DNA of 64,000 bases, taken from NCBI RefSeq assembly GCF_963921235.1, contig NC_086097.1:62436001-62500000 (forward strand). Reading direction: 5' to 3'. Each line of letters opens with the position of its first letter. Positions within the stretch are counted from its first letter, which is position 1. The DNA is from Mobula hypostoma (lineage: Eukaryota). This document shows, one piece after another, positions 23,024 through 36,079 of this stretch. Under the pieces are notes generated by a model. The model was given only the letters and a program-made list of their open reading frames with translations, had not been told where the DNA came from and searched no databases. Made by a program: the position numbers and the translations under genes.

Positions 23024-24484
23024 CATCGTTTCTGACTGATGTTGCCCGACCTGCTCAGTTCATCCAACTTTAGGTCTGTACTCACTGGAATTTAGAAGAA
23101 TGCAGGGGGATCTCATTGAAACCTACCAAATGTTGAAAGGACGAGATAGGGTGGATATGGAGAGGGTATTTCCTGTGGTGGTGGTATCCAGAACAAGAGA
23201 GCACAGCTTCAAAATTGAGGGGCAACCTTTTAGAACAGAGGTAAGGAGAAATTTTTTTAGCCAGAGAGTGGCGAATCTGTGGAATGCTTTGCCACAGACT
23301 GCAGGCGAGGCCAAATCTGTGGGTATATTTAAGACGGAAGTTGATAGTTTCCTGATCGGTCAGAGCATCAAAGGTTATGGCGAGAAGGCAGGTGGCATTG
23401 AGTGGGATCCAGGATCAGCCATGATGGAATGTCGGAACAGGATTGATGGGCGGAATGGCCTAGTTCTCATCCTGTGTCTTATGGTCTTGTGTAGAATGGA
23501 CAGATACATGATACTGTCCTCTCCCAAGTTCAGTCCATCTCATTGTAATGTTATGTCTCCTTCATAAACCACAAAGCAAGCTTTGATTCATTTTGGAGAG
23601 CATCATTTAAATACTCAGTTATTCTCATTTATTGCTTTTGAGTGTACAGAACCTGGAACATCAGTAGAATTCCCAACAGTACAAGCAAAATGACAGCTAG
23701 TGCTTCTGCCACCTGACCTCAGATGTTATCAACGTGAAACTTGCACATTTTTCCTGCACCTGTGTAAGTTTGTTAATTAATGAGACATTAATTACAGATG
23801 CAACAATAAAGTAGTATCAAGAAAAATTTAAAAAATATTTATCTGCATTTACCTTTTCAATGAAGATCAGCAATTCCAATCAATACTTATATCAACCATC
23901 TTAGCATAAAACTGAGGGCTGAATGACTCAGAACTTTTGCAGTGCACTGCTGGACTTGGTACTGAGTCCAGTAGTAGAGCAGTACATTACTTGAACAAAT
24001 GTTTAACTTCCATCTTGTCTCTGGCCTTCATGTTTCAATGTACTCTCCTGGAAGTCAGAAATAAGCCACCTGCCAGCAGGTCATTGCCTGTGGATCAGAC
24101 AACAGAAGGTAACCAACAGATTTATGGCCCTTTCCATTACCCTTTTCAATTAGTTTTATATATCCACTGCATTTTTGTAATTTGTATACAAGGACCCCTA
24201 AATCTCTTAGGAATCTGCGTCACTTACATTCTTTAATTTTAGTAATGGATAATTCTATCCCAATGGATTGGCTCACACTTATCTTTGTGAAATCTATCAG
24301 CTTTTGTTTCATAGAAATGAAGTTCTCTAACATATTATTCATAAAAATATGAGTAAATGGGTCTGCAGCATGGATCTGTGTGGGGCTTACTTGACAATTC
24401 CTTCCAAAGAGTGCATTTACAATTTCCCAACTTTCTGTTGCCTACCATTCATCCAGTTTCTGAACTAAACAAGTAACACGCCTT

Positions 24485-25102
24485 CTTTTGATAAACACCT
24501 GTGCTCCATCTGCTATGGGAATCTGGAACTCTCAGTTGCCAGCTACTTTAATTCTCCCCTCCTTCCCCAATTCCTATACTGACATGTCTATCCTCAGCCT
24601 TTTTCAGTGCTGGGTTAAGGTAAAATGCTGAACACTGAATTCTCCATTTTCAGGTAAGTTGCACCCTCTCGGTTCCTTTTTGTTCTCCTCCTAATCTGCC
24701 CAGCTCCCACAATATCCACTCCAGCTCCCTATCACTCTGTTTCTTTCTCTTCCTCCACCTGCTCCATCTGCCCATTGCCCACACACACTCCTTGCACTCA
24801 ATTTCACTCATTCCCCTCCACCCCCCCCACTGTTCCCATCTGTCCACCCCACCTTCTTCTCCTAACAGATACATCATCTGCCTATCCACCCCTCCTCACC
24901 TGGATCCACTGATGGATTTCTGGCTCCTAATTCACTTCTCCTTTAACTTTTTGTACTGGCCACCTCAATTCTCTCATTCAGACCAGGTGAAGGGTCTCAA
25001 TCTGAAACAGCGAATGTTCATTTTCTTTCCATAGATAATGCCTGACCAGCTGAATTTTGTTTGTTGCTTCAGAATCTGGCATCTGTGTTCTCTTGTGTTT
25101 CC
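24485..25102 (+). mobile_element. Older Penelope-like 3' fragment
   Basis: Decayed KHLCSI..VASYFNS coding, pyrimidine tract, degenerate hammerhead at ~24980-25012, family tail. Confidence 0.75.
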
Positions 25103-25594
25103 AATAGTTCTTTAATTCAATCTCTAAATGGTCAGTCACACTCTCTCCTTAATTATAGAACTTTGCTCCAATCCTACCTCAATGATAAATTCAGGTAAGG
25201 TAAACATTCTCAAGTTCAGACAGGATCGAGTAGCCAGGAATATCCAATTTCAAGAAAATATTTATGGAAACTCTTTGTTTGGTAACAGACTGATGAGATG
25301 TCATAATTTACAAGGACTTCTCGCACATGACAATTTGGAGGTTCTATTATTGCAGGCCAAGTGTAGGGGTACTAATTTGCAAAGTGTCCTGCAGCTAGAT
25401 TGTTTCCTTATTTTACACTTGTATGATGGATGCAAGCTATTTTACATGCTTTACTTATTATTAATAAAAATGGCCCTGAAAAATAATTTCAGGCAATACA
25501 TCATTCAGGGAACCCAAATAAGATACATACCTTTGGAGCATGTACTGCATATGCATGCAGATTCTTTGTGAGATTTTAGACTGGATATGAATAA

Positions 25595-25726
25595 AGTTCA
25601 AAGTTCAAAGTGAATTTATTATCAAAGTCACCATATCAAACCCTGAGATTCATTTTCTTGCAGCCATACTCAATAAATCTATCATAGAGTAATAACCATA
25701 ATAGAAACAATGAAAGAGCGCACCAA
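25595..25726 (-). mobile_element. Short Rex-type 3' tail insertion
   Basis: Reverse of aataaattcactttgaactttgaac, a tail shared with several other elements in the window. Confidence 0.65.
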
Positions 25727-26365
25727 TTTGTACATAGCTAAGGTAAGCTTGTATGTGACTGGAGTGGAGTCTGCAGGTGATGTGTTTCAATACTTGTGCT
25801 TCCAAACAAGAGGCAGATTATGTTTGGGAGTTGCAGTCAAAAGAACTTTGGTGATTTTTGTACATGGTTCACATATGAACAAACTATACATACTTTGCCT
25901 CAGTATATTTATAGGGTTGCTGATTTCACTATTTTATGGTAGATTGTACTAACCTGAAATGAGCAAATCTTTGAAATATTGGCATGATGAAACAATGGAT
26001 GCCTTGTTTTTATGTAGCATCATTACGGAATTTGAAAATGCTACACATGAAGATGATCAACATTCAGGTTATCATCTCCGTCTAAGGATAATGTAATCCA
26101 GGTTAACTAAAGCCAAAAGATGTAATGTTAGAACACGTCACCTGTGGATGGATGAAAATGAGGTTTATCAGATTTTTTTTAAAAAAGACCTTGAAAAAAG
26201 TTATGCGAGAATGTGATGCGACTGATGCAGGTGTGGACAAGCAACAAAAACACAGCAAACTATAGCAACTAACTAAAGATACGAACTTTTAAAAGTGGAA
26301 TTAGTAGTTAGTGTCTCTTCCTACTTACTGAAAAAATCCTTAGGGTGAGACCCCTGGAGGAGAGA

Positions 26366-27499
26366 TGATAGCAATAAAACATTTTTTGAAGTTGCCGCTA
26401 TAATGAGCATCAACTATAGTGAGATGATGTCAGCAGAGAGTAGTGACCAAGATCTCTACCGCGTAACCAGGAACTAGTTCTGTTAAATGTTAGCAAGGGA
26501 TTTGGTGAGTTAAAACACTTTTATACTTTCGAGTGTATAACTTCTGTGTGAAACATTTTCAGTAGTGTTGTAACTGAGAAACTTTGGAAATGACAATGTG
26601 ATATTGAGTTATTTTGAAATAGAAAATAGAATGTGTATAAGAACTAATGGACTGTAATTCTGTTGTGTACAGGTCAGGTTTTTTAATGTGTAAATATTGT
26701 GAATTCACTTTTCATGGGTGACCCACTATTTCATCCTACCAACCAAGAAACAAGATGGCGAGCAACCCAAGTTCGAAGAACCAGTGCAGAAATGAAATGT
26801 TTAATGATGTAGAGGATTTAATACAGTTGGACGTGTAAGTTTATTTCCATTTGAAGAATCTGAATTAGATTTTCTGGAAGAACTGATTATTTTTGTTAAG
26901 ACTTTGTTAAGTTATTGAATGAGATTTACTTTGTTTAAATGTTGTGATGTTGGAGAATTTGTCGTGAAAGGATTTAAACTGTATATATATATTTTTGGGT
27001 AATTGCATTTGAATTTGTAGCCCTATTGACCTGAAACTGAAACTAAGGCTAACCATAATACTTAAAAATTAGGAATTCAATTAGTTTCCTAACTAACTAG
27101 TGTTAAGCAGAAAGGCAAATGTTAGTCTGTAAATCTTTAAATAGGGAATAATACTGGATCTAATTAGTTAGAAAAATTGGAGTAATAGAGGTTATTCTAA
27201 TGAATCTCACTGATTCTAACTAAAAAGGAATTAGGGTTTCATTGGTATCCAAGATTTAAAACAGAATGTTGGAATTTTGAATTGTGCTTACCCACGTAAA
27301 TATTTTGTATATATTGCTATTTTTAATAAACAAAACTTACCTCCAGAGATGTGTGTTTTCTATTCACTGCCTCCTTCTGATACCTAGAGCTTTTTATGGC
27401 CCACTAGCACCTAGTGTGGTACTATGTAATTTAATTTTCTCATAAAGAGTGCAGTGACCAGTCACATAAGACAAGCACTACACAGTTGTTACAGTAACA
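26366..27499 (+). mobile_element. Possible large (~1.1 kb) LTR
   Basis: Preceded by purine tract ggaggagaga, starts TG, contains aataaa followed by a GT-rich tract, ends ttgttacagtaaca. No partner LTR in the window. Confidence 0.3.
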
Positions 27500-27750
27500 T
27501 TTGTGCATCTTTTGGCTCCTTGTTGATCAATGCCACAGTTTTAAAATTGTCTTCATTTTTTTGGATTCCTCTGTGCTGTCTCTGCTCCCTGTCTCTGTAA
27601 TTTCCTGCAGCCTTGCTGGTTATGATATCTCGTATATCCTGGATGCTACTCCATCATTGGCAGCAATCTATTCAGCTGACGTGTACATAAGCACAGATAT
27701 TCCATCCCTATACATCTCCTATCACTTTTTTTGGCTTTGTTTCCTTAAAG

Positions 27751-27830
27751 CAGAGGTTCCCAACCTTTTTTATGTCATGGATACCTACCACTGACTGAGG
27801 GGTCCGTGGACTCCAGATTGGAAATAACCA
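27751..27830. mobile_element. 80-bp hAT MITE, same family as 15823-15904
   Basis: cagaggttcccaacct...agattggaaat. 8-bp TSD ccttaaag / ctttaaag. Confidence 0.8.
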
Positions 27831-28674
27831 CTTTAAAGTCTACTCTTTTGACCTAACGGGTCTTCACATAGACTGATGTCCAGTCTTAATTAGTATGTTC
27901 CTGCAAAGAACCTTGGGATGTTTTGCAATATTAAAAATGCTACCATATATATATGTAAATTATTGATACATCATTGTCTATATTACTATAAATTATTTGT
28001 TTCATGATGATGCATATCTTGAATTTGCAAAAGGTATGATATATAAAGTATTTTTTTCTATTAAGGAAAGCATCTCATGAAGGTGATAAATGTGTCTGCA
28101 ATAAAAAGACACATCATCATTCCCATTTATAATTTTAATGGATACAAATATCCATAGCATCAAACCTGCTCTCAATATTTTATATCCTATGGATGTTTGA
28201 TAGCAGGATGAATTGGAATGATATATTTTTCATTTCCTTTGTTCCTACTGAGGTATAAAATTGCTGTGTCATTCCTGTTCCATTCAATTGCTGTACAATC
28301 ACTGCACAGCTCTCCACCACACATTGTGAGTTCTGACACTCTAGCTTTACTCCTGTCTATCAGAAAACCTCATTGCAGCTGGAGACTGCAGATTGGAGTC
28401 TAATTTGTGAAATTGATGCTCACTAGTCAGTGAGGGTAGTTTCATTTCTATTTTTTTGTAACAACAAGCTGTGAAGGTATGTTGAAAATGAATAACATAT
28501 TTTTCTTCAAAAATCTAATCCTTTCATTTAATATTTAATTTCATCACAATAAATTGATCTTCCCTGACTTTCATATGCCCATAACTTGATGATTATATTG
28601 ACATTCACTGCTGGTCAGTGCATTAAACAAATTCAGAAATTTCTTTTACAGTTACAGTAAGGCTAATTTTAAAG

Positions 28675-29177
28675 TACACACATGGCTCGTTAGTGCAAAA
28701 ATCTAATCAGCCAATCTCAGTGCTCAAAAGCATGCAGACATGGTCAAGGGGTTCAGTTGTTGTTCAGACCAAACATCAGAATGGAAAAGAAACTTTGACT
28801 GTGCAGTGATTGTTGGTACTAGGAGGGGTGGTTTTGAGTATCTCTGAAATTGCTGATTTCCTGGGATTTCATGGACAACAGTCTCTAGAGTTTACAGATA
28901 ATGGTGAGAAAAACAAAAAAAAATTCCAGTGAACAACATTTCTGTGGGCAAAAATACCTTGTTAATTAGTGAGATCAGAGGAGAACGGCCAGACTGGTTC
29001 AAGCTGACAGGAAGGTGACAATCACACAAAAGCTACACGTTACAACAGTGGTGTGCAGAATAGCATTTCTGAATGTACAACACTTCAAAACTTGAACTGG
29101 ATGGGCTACAGCAGCAGAAGACTGCGGGCATACACTCAGTGGCCTCTTTATTAGGTACTCCCTGTACACTGAGTGTA
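28675..29177 (+). mobile_element. Non-autonomous Tc1-like element, second copy
   Basis: Homologous to 4494-5020. Ends cactgagtgta. Confidence 0.8.
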
Positions 29178-30214
29178 GTTCAGCTAAATACACAAGAAAA
29201 TAAATATTCTGCAGTTGTTATCCAAGTTGTGCAGCTAAACCAATACCCTCATAAAAAATGACACCCTACCTTTAGCCTTCCATTATTTTAGGAATTTTCA
29301 GTATTTCTCCATAAGACTCCCAAAAGGGAAGTTAATTCAATTAAGTGACACTTAGTAATGTACTGTTATTGACTGGCAATCAAGCTCACTAACTCCAAAA
29401 TAATAACTATTTCAGTCTGGGAGTCTCAGTCCCACTTTGATTTAAGTAGATGTCCAAATGATAATCCTGTCTCACGCTCATATTCCAAATGCCATTTCCC
29501 TGGCTACATTGGTATCAGCTCATATATTTAGCATTATTGAAGCAAAAATGATTTGAGCTGAAGGAGGTAAGGGAAAGTCTAACAAATGATATCTATTATC
29601 AGATGTTCACTTGCAGTTGATTGCTTTCCATTCAATATCTTCCAACAAACCCTGTGGAGGAAAGGATCAAATCTATGTTTCTATCACTACAAGGCAGAGT
29701 AAATTCATTTATATATACATGAAGTCCTATTTGTGAATGTTGTGTATCTTTTTAATGTAATTTTGAAATATGTTCAGCAATGCTTTCCCTTAAATATTCT
29801 AAATCTTGACATTTCAACTCCATTGCATATTGGCTGGAGATGTTTCTTTGGCAAAATATAAACAATTCATTAAAAATCTTTAGGCTTATTTCCCAAATAC
29901 TTCAGCACTTTGTTCAACACTTGCTTTTATCGCAGGCCATTTGTTTCCACATCAAATACATTTTTTCTCCTAAAATCTTATAAAAATCATCCCTTGGGCA
30001 AGATATCATTTCTAACACGGGTGAAAGCAGAATGTCACATTAACTTAAAAGCTTTCTATTCCTACAGATGGTTATATTACAAAGGATTGCTCTACATAAA
30101 CAGGACTTTCATAATCCTCAATTATAAACAAGTGAATTAAGGGCCTGCTTTATCAGTACCTCTTTAAAATAAAATACAACTGGATATTCCCTATTTTTCT
30201 GTATTCATTGCTCA

Positions 30215-32480
30215 ACAGTGAAGATGGCAGCAGCGACTAACAGTGATGTCCTGCAGACAGTTCACGAAACTACTTCTTATCCTTCTTCTATTAAATATGC
30301 GTCCATTTCTAAACAATGTATGATTGCAGCCTGTCATTTACATTTTGATAACTTGCTCTTGGGCCTGCAGACTGATCTGGAGCTTTTGCTGTCTCTGAGG
30401 GAATTCAGCCAGGGCCGGATTAAGCTAGTGCGGAGCCTGTAGCATATGTTACACAGGGGCCCTAAATTTTAAAAAATGCACATAAGTATTAAAACATAAA
30501 TTTTTTACTTGCAAAGTAAAGTAATTCATTTTTTTCATTTGCTATACAGCCAGATAATACGACAAATGTCTGACACTTCAGTACTAGTATTACTTACAGG
30601 TAGGTATCAATTTCAAATGTCAGAAGTAACAAAATTTAAAAGTTAGATTTTCTAGATTTAGCATGAGCAAATTTGTTGATGATACTGGAAATATCTATTT
30701 CACGCAGAAGTTCATGTTCAATGCTCATTAGAGTGAGATTGTTCAATCTGTTTTGACCCATGGTGCTCCTTAGTTCATTTTTAATCCTTTTCAGTTTTGA
30801 AAATGAGGAATCATGAACTGGGAAGCATAAAGCTGTTGAGTCGCACATCCCTTGTCGCAGGCTCACGGCGGCGCCACTGGAGGGTGCGGCGTAACAGCGC
30901 ATGATGCAGCGGCTTGGGAGCATGGGAGATAGCACAAAGGTCACCACGACACAGCAAGGAGCCAACACACGCCTGCACACACATACTGTACCATGCAGCA
31001 TACAGCTCCCCTAACATGAAAACAACAGCGTTGCCAGATTGTTGTTGTTGTGGCGTGGATGAAATCACAGAGCGTTGCATTACCGCTAGGTACAAGGCAG
31101 TTTCTTTATACAACAAAACAAGGTTGCAGCAGGCAGAGACCCCTGGCAGAACAGGTCTAACCTCCTTGTGATTGAGGCTTAACATTTATTTGCTAAACAC
31201 AAAGGACAGTTCATAGTTACAAGTATAGACAATTCTTTGAAGTTTTCACGTCTTTTGATTAAATTCATTCTACCGGCGCCAGTGCGCCTAAGCTGGCGCC
31301 CAAGTTAAAATTGATAATACATTATTTGGTACGCTACGTGCTAACACAGAGGACAATTCATATTCAAAAAGCATAGATATGGTGTCTTCGCAACTACCTG
31401 TAAATTTAGCATTCTTGTCTCAGAGGTACCAGAGATGCATTATTACAAATGAAACTGGGTTCACAGCTTTTAGGAATTGCATTGTTATGAACTCAATCCA
31501 CAGTACTTTGTCAAAGAGCAGAAGACTGATGGCTGAAGTCATTTATTTAAGTGTAAATGAATCGTCTACCCAAAACTCACTCTAACAGTCGTGAGAATAT
31601 GGTGAGATGGCGATATGGCGATTTCACCAGACTGCAGCTTGCAAGCGTTTAGTGCAGGCGGGGCCCTCAAAAATGCGGGGCCCGTAGCATATGCTACTTT
31701 TGCTACTAGGTTAATCCGGCCCTGAATTCAGCGTGGTTGAGAATGGACTGTGCAGCCTCATACCACGGCTTACACCCTTGATCGGCTCTGTTACTCGGCG
31801 ATCTTGCTGACTGAAGCATCAAGCAAGATTGGAATCGATGAGGACAAGAGCTGAAGCCAAGCAGGTGTTCAACACTGCCTGCCTGTGTTTGACTGGGCTC
31901 CCCATCGGTCTCACACACACCGCCATCTGAGAAAGGTGCAGGAGTTCTGGGACTTGGGCAAAGATTGATCGGCACAGCTTTTGGATTGGACTCATTTTTA
32001 GAGGACTCTGCAGTGCATGTTATATGTGTATCTGGTTACTGGAAATGTCGACTATACCTCTTCCTAAAGATGTTGTCTGGTCTGCTGCGTTCACCAGCAA
32101 TTTTTATGTGTTTTGTTTGAAATTCCAGCATCTGCAGATTTCCTCGTGTTTGACTCTTTTTTTATTGTTACTTTGTGTGACTTTAATCAGGGCACTTTGA
32201 CGTGGACTGGCTCTGTGACCCGCTGTTGACACCGCACTAAACTGAACATTCCTAGACTGTTTGATGTTTAATAATCTTTGTGTTATTCATTCATTTATTG
32301 CTGTTTGCACATTTTGTTCTTTTTTCTCATGTGTTTTGTGTTTTATATTTTCTTTGAATGGGTTCCATGGTGCTTTTTTGCTTCATGGCTGCCTGCAGGA
32401 AGATGAATTTCAGGGTTGTATACTGCAGCCATACTTTGATAATAAATGTACTTTGATCTTTGATCTTTTGATCTTTGAAC
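30215..32480 (+). mobile_element. Non-coding retroelement with AAGATGGC head and Rex-type 3' tail, split by hAT (30410-31724) and a Penelope tail (~32041-32152)
   Basis: Starts gtgaagatggcagc. Ends aataaatgtac plus (tttgatc)n. Sequence is continuous across the hAT TSD. Confidence 0.55.
30410..31724 (-). mobile_element. Young non-autonomous hAT (Tip100-like) transposon, 1315 bp
   Basis: TIR cagggccggattaa(g/c)ctagt. Perfect 8-bp TSD aattcagc at 30402-30409 and 31725-31732. hAT dimerisation-domain remnant SFSKLKRIKNELRSTMGQNRLNNLTLMSIE at 30636-30810. Confidence 0.95.
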
Positions 32481-32599
32481 AACCACCTTGACACATACCA
32501 GAATTATTCCCACAAAATTACTGAAAGCCAACTTAGTTTTCAAATATTATATCCTTCCCACTTTTGGCTACTTGCACTTCTATCTGGAGCCTTATTAGA

Positions 32600-33977
32600 A
32601 ATGCAAAAACTAGGGCTTTAATGTTTTGGCAACAGGGGACTCCAGATAACCTAGCTCCTGGGGCTCCCTTGTGGCTATGTATGGAGTCCAACTCTGTTGT
32701 CAATTCCTCCTTGTCAGCCATGCTGTTCTCCAAGTTAGAGAAGCCTGGGACTTCAAAAAGTTTGTGTTTTGTTTTGAAAAATTCCGTCAGAATTCTAAAT
32801 CAGATTTGGAGCATTCTGAATTTACCAAAGACCTCTGTAAAAACACTAATCTGTTTCAATCACTTCTTTCTACCTGCATGGTCAGATAAAACCTTCCATG
32901 CTTGGAGGGAGAAGGGTCTAGTTTCTATTGAAGACCTGTACATAGAGGGATGGTTTGCAACATTTAGTCTGCTGAAAGAGAAATTTGAGCTGCCTGATTT
33001 GCACTTTTTTCATTATTTACAAATTAGTCACTACATTCAATCTAAGATTTGTAATTTTGAAATCCTTCCAGGGAAACATATGTTTTTTGATATTTTAAAG
33101 AACCCTCCTGACTCCAGGCATCTCGTTTCTAAGTTTGTATGTTTGTTTGATAATTGCACTGTAGCGTCTACTGTGAAGATTAGAGATGCCTGGAGAGGAG
33201 TTGGGCATTGAATTATCTGAAGCTGCCGGGATAAGTGTTTGTCTATGATACAGGCTTGCTCTGTTAACAGCAGGCACCAACTGATCCAGTTTAAAGTCGT
33301 CCACCGTCTCCATTACTCTAAACTTAGATTGCACAGGATTTACCCTTCTGTCCTGCCAATGTGTGATAGATGCCAATGGACGGAAGCCATGTTGTCACAC
33401 ACTTTTTGGTTTTACCCATTACTGACTGGATTTTGGTCCAAAATATTCGACTGGTACTCAAAGGCCTACAAAAGATCCTTCCCCTTGGAAGCTGGTCTCA
33501 CTATATTTGGCTGCTCGCAATCTACTATTTGTTTCCCTGCAGCCATACAACAGTCTCTGATGCTGGGGAAGATTGTTGCCAAAAGACTTATTTTGAGGAA
33601 ATGGAAATCACCTTCTCCCCCTTCCTTTCAGAGATGGATGGCTGATATGATCTCAGTCATACAGATGGAGAAACTTAGGTTCTTGAGAACCAATTCAATA
33701 AAAAATTTTTAGCTATCTGGGATCCATTTCTTGCCTACAAGGATGAGGCCGGGAGCAGATGAGCAATTTCCCCCCAGTTGATTTCTCACAGCCCTCATTT
33801 GAGATTTACTGTTTAGTATTTTTGAGCACTTTGTATAATAGGCATCCCTCTAACATTATGTCTTTTTTTTGCTTATTTCTTTTTTATATATGTCTGAACT
33901 GGTATGTTTTTGTTGATTTCATTGTTTTTTTTTTGAAATTTTTGAAAATAAAGTATTAAAAAAAGAAATGAAAAAAC
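32600..33977 (+). mobile_element. 5'-truncated L1/Tx1-clade LINE
   Basis: ORF2 C-terminus QFKVVHRLHYS..CDRC..LSHTFW..FWSKIF..AKRLILRKWK, then aataaa and an A-rich tail. Confidence 0.9.
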
Positions 33978-35264
33978 TGGTGGTCAAAGTTTTTAATCCC
34001 TTTCATGGGGAAAATGCAATGTATTTTCTACAAGACTGATGTTTACATGTCCCGTATCTTCATGAGATTAGAACAGAGCATGCCTGAGGTAACACAAAAC
34101 ATTTGAGTCGATTGTGAATTTATCATTGGGTAACTGATTCCTCTTACACAAAACCATAAATCATCATTTAAATGAAAATAAGTTCCAATTTGAGTCTTCT
34201 TTCCTCTCTTATGTGAGATTAAAATATCAATCAAAATACTTTAGATTGGATTTGCATTGGTGAAGTGATCCAGAAGTAAGAATGAAGGATGATATTTGAC
34301 AACAAGCAAGCTACAAGAAATGCACAAAATGCAATGTTCCAGTAACTACTTTCTAAACAAAAAATAATCCAATATTCAAGAGAAACCAGATGCTAACATG
34401 TATTGTGTATTAAGAATTGAATAACAATTGTGCCAAAGTATCAGCAAAATAGGATAAATGTAGAGAGATATCTCATTTTTGTCTGGAAATTGGATCCATT
34501 TGCACCAGTTGTTATGTGTAGATTGAACATAAGAAGCCCGATCCCATTGTTTTGAAATATTTGAGTGCTGATTTCTGTCTGACGCCTTTCCCGACAGGCA
34601 ACGGGGCAGACTCCACTCAGTCTATTACAGTTATTTGTCACACTTTCTGCCCATGAGATTTAATCAATGGTCATCATCTGCAATTAGTTCACAATGAGGC
34701 AAGGCATACATCAAGCTGAAGGCAGCGAATGATACATGATAAAATACCCCTCCAATCCATCTGTGATATTGATTTTGATTCAAAACATTCTCCCATTAAA
34801 GTTTCATAAAAAAGATAATTGGTGCCGACAGACCTCAGTAAAGATCAGGCTGAGTGCAGGTCATAAATACCTTGATTTCCTCTGGAGGAACCATGTGCAA
34901 TTTCAGTCGCAACCTCCCAAACCCCACCTCCATCACCACCACCTCCTCTAGAACCACCATTCACCCACCTTATTTGTGGCAGCCACATATGGCCATAGAA
35001 AGATCTCCTTAGAAGCCTTTAATCACTTCCAGTGGGTTAGGGTGAAAATTTCATTTCAGCTACCCCTCTTGCAAGCCACAGTACCATACAACCTACCACT
35101 GCAATCTAATGTCACAAAATGGGAACGAACCTTAACAACAGTTTCTGAACACATGGATATTCTTATTCTGTGAAAACTTATTCCTGCTTTCAATTTGTCA
35201 TTTGCACTATATGTAATGACCATTTAACAGACCATGGATACTTAAAGTACTAGATCACAGGAGC

Positions 35265-36045
35265 GTAGACTATAGGAACAGAATTAGGACAATTGGCCGA
35301 TTAAGTTTGTTCTGCCATCCAATCATGGTTGATCAATTATCCATATGAGCCCTGACCTTCTCCCTATAAATTTTGATGCCCTGACCTTTCAAGAATGTTT
35401 TAAATATATTCAATGACTTGACCTGCACGGCCATCTGTGGCAATAATTCCACAGATTCACTACCTTCTGGCTAAAGAAATTTCTCCTCATCTCTATTCTA
35501 AATGGATATCACTCTATTCTGAGGCTGTGTCCTCTGGTCCTAGACTCACCCACTATAGGAAACATTCTCTCCACATCCACTCTTTCCAGGCCTTTCAAAT
35601 ATTTGATAGGTTTCAATGAGATCCCTCTCATTCTTCTAAACTCCGGTGAGTATAGGCCCAGGACCATCAAATGCTCCTCACACGTTAACCTTTCATTTCT
35701 GGAAACATGAACTTCTTCTGGATCCTCTCTAATACCAGAACATCGTTTCTTAAGCAAGGGGACCAAACCTACTCATAATACTGCGAATGCAGTCCGCCCA
35801 GTGCCTTACAAAGCATCAGCATTACATTCATGCTTTTATGCACTAGACTCTCTAAATGAATACTAACATTGCATTTGCCTTCCTCACCACCAACTCAACC
35901 TGCAAGTTAACCTTCGGGAAATCCTGCATGAGGACTCCAAAGTCCCTTTACACCTCTGACTTTTGAACTTTCTCCCCGGTTAGAAAATCATCTGCATCTT
36001 TATTCCTTACGCCAAAGTGGTCACCCATAAACTTCACTATATTGG
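35265..36045 (-). mobile_element. CR1 3' fragment
   Basis: LGLYSPEFRRMRG..ERMFPIVGESRTRGHSL and CR1 3'UTR. Confidence 0.85.
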
Positions 36046-36079
36046 GCACTTGTCAAAATAAGAAGGCCAAAAGAAGTCT

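Larger units (their letters stand above)
21612..23064. mobile_element. Inverted double Penelope-like element (GIY-YIG endonuclease C-terminus, Neptune-like Cys cluster); minus copy 21612-22475, plus copy 22476-23064
   Basis: PCKRKCHTCPY..VIYCIRCSRC..LYIGET..RFVEH..HFNS..LEEQHLI..GMNIEF. ~590-bp inverted arms. Perfect 16-bp TSD caactttaggtctgta at 21596-21611 and 23065-23080. Confidence 0.95.
21565..23510 (+). mobile_element. CR1 3' fragment (21565-21611 plus 23081-23510) split by the Penelope insertion
   Basis: The sequence reads continuously as KGLTYEAHLATLGLYSLEFRRMQGDLIETY once the insert and one TSD copy are removed. Confidence 0.9.
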
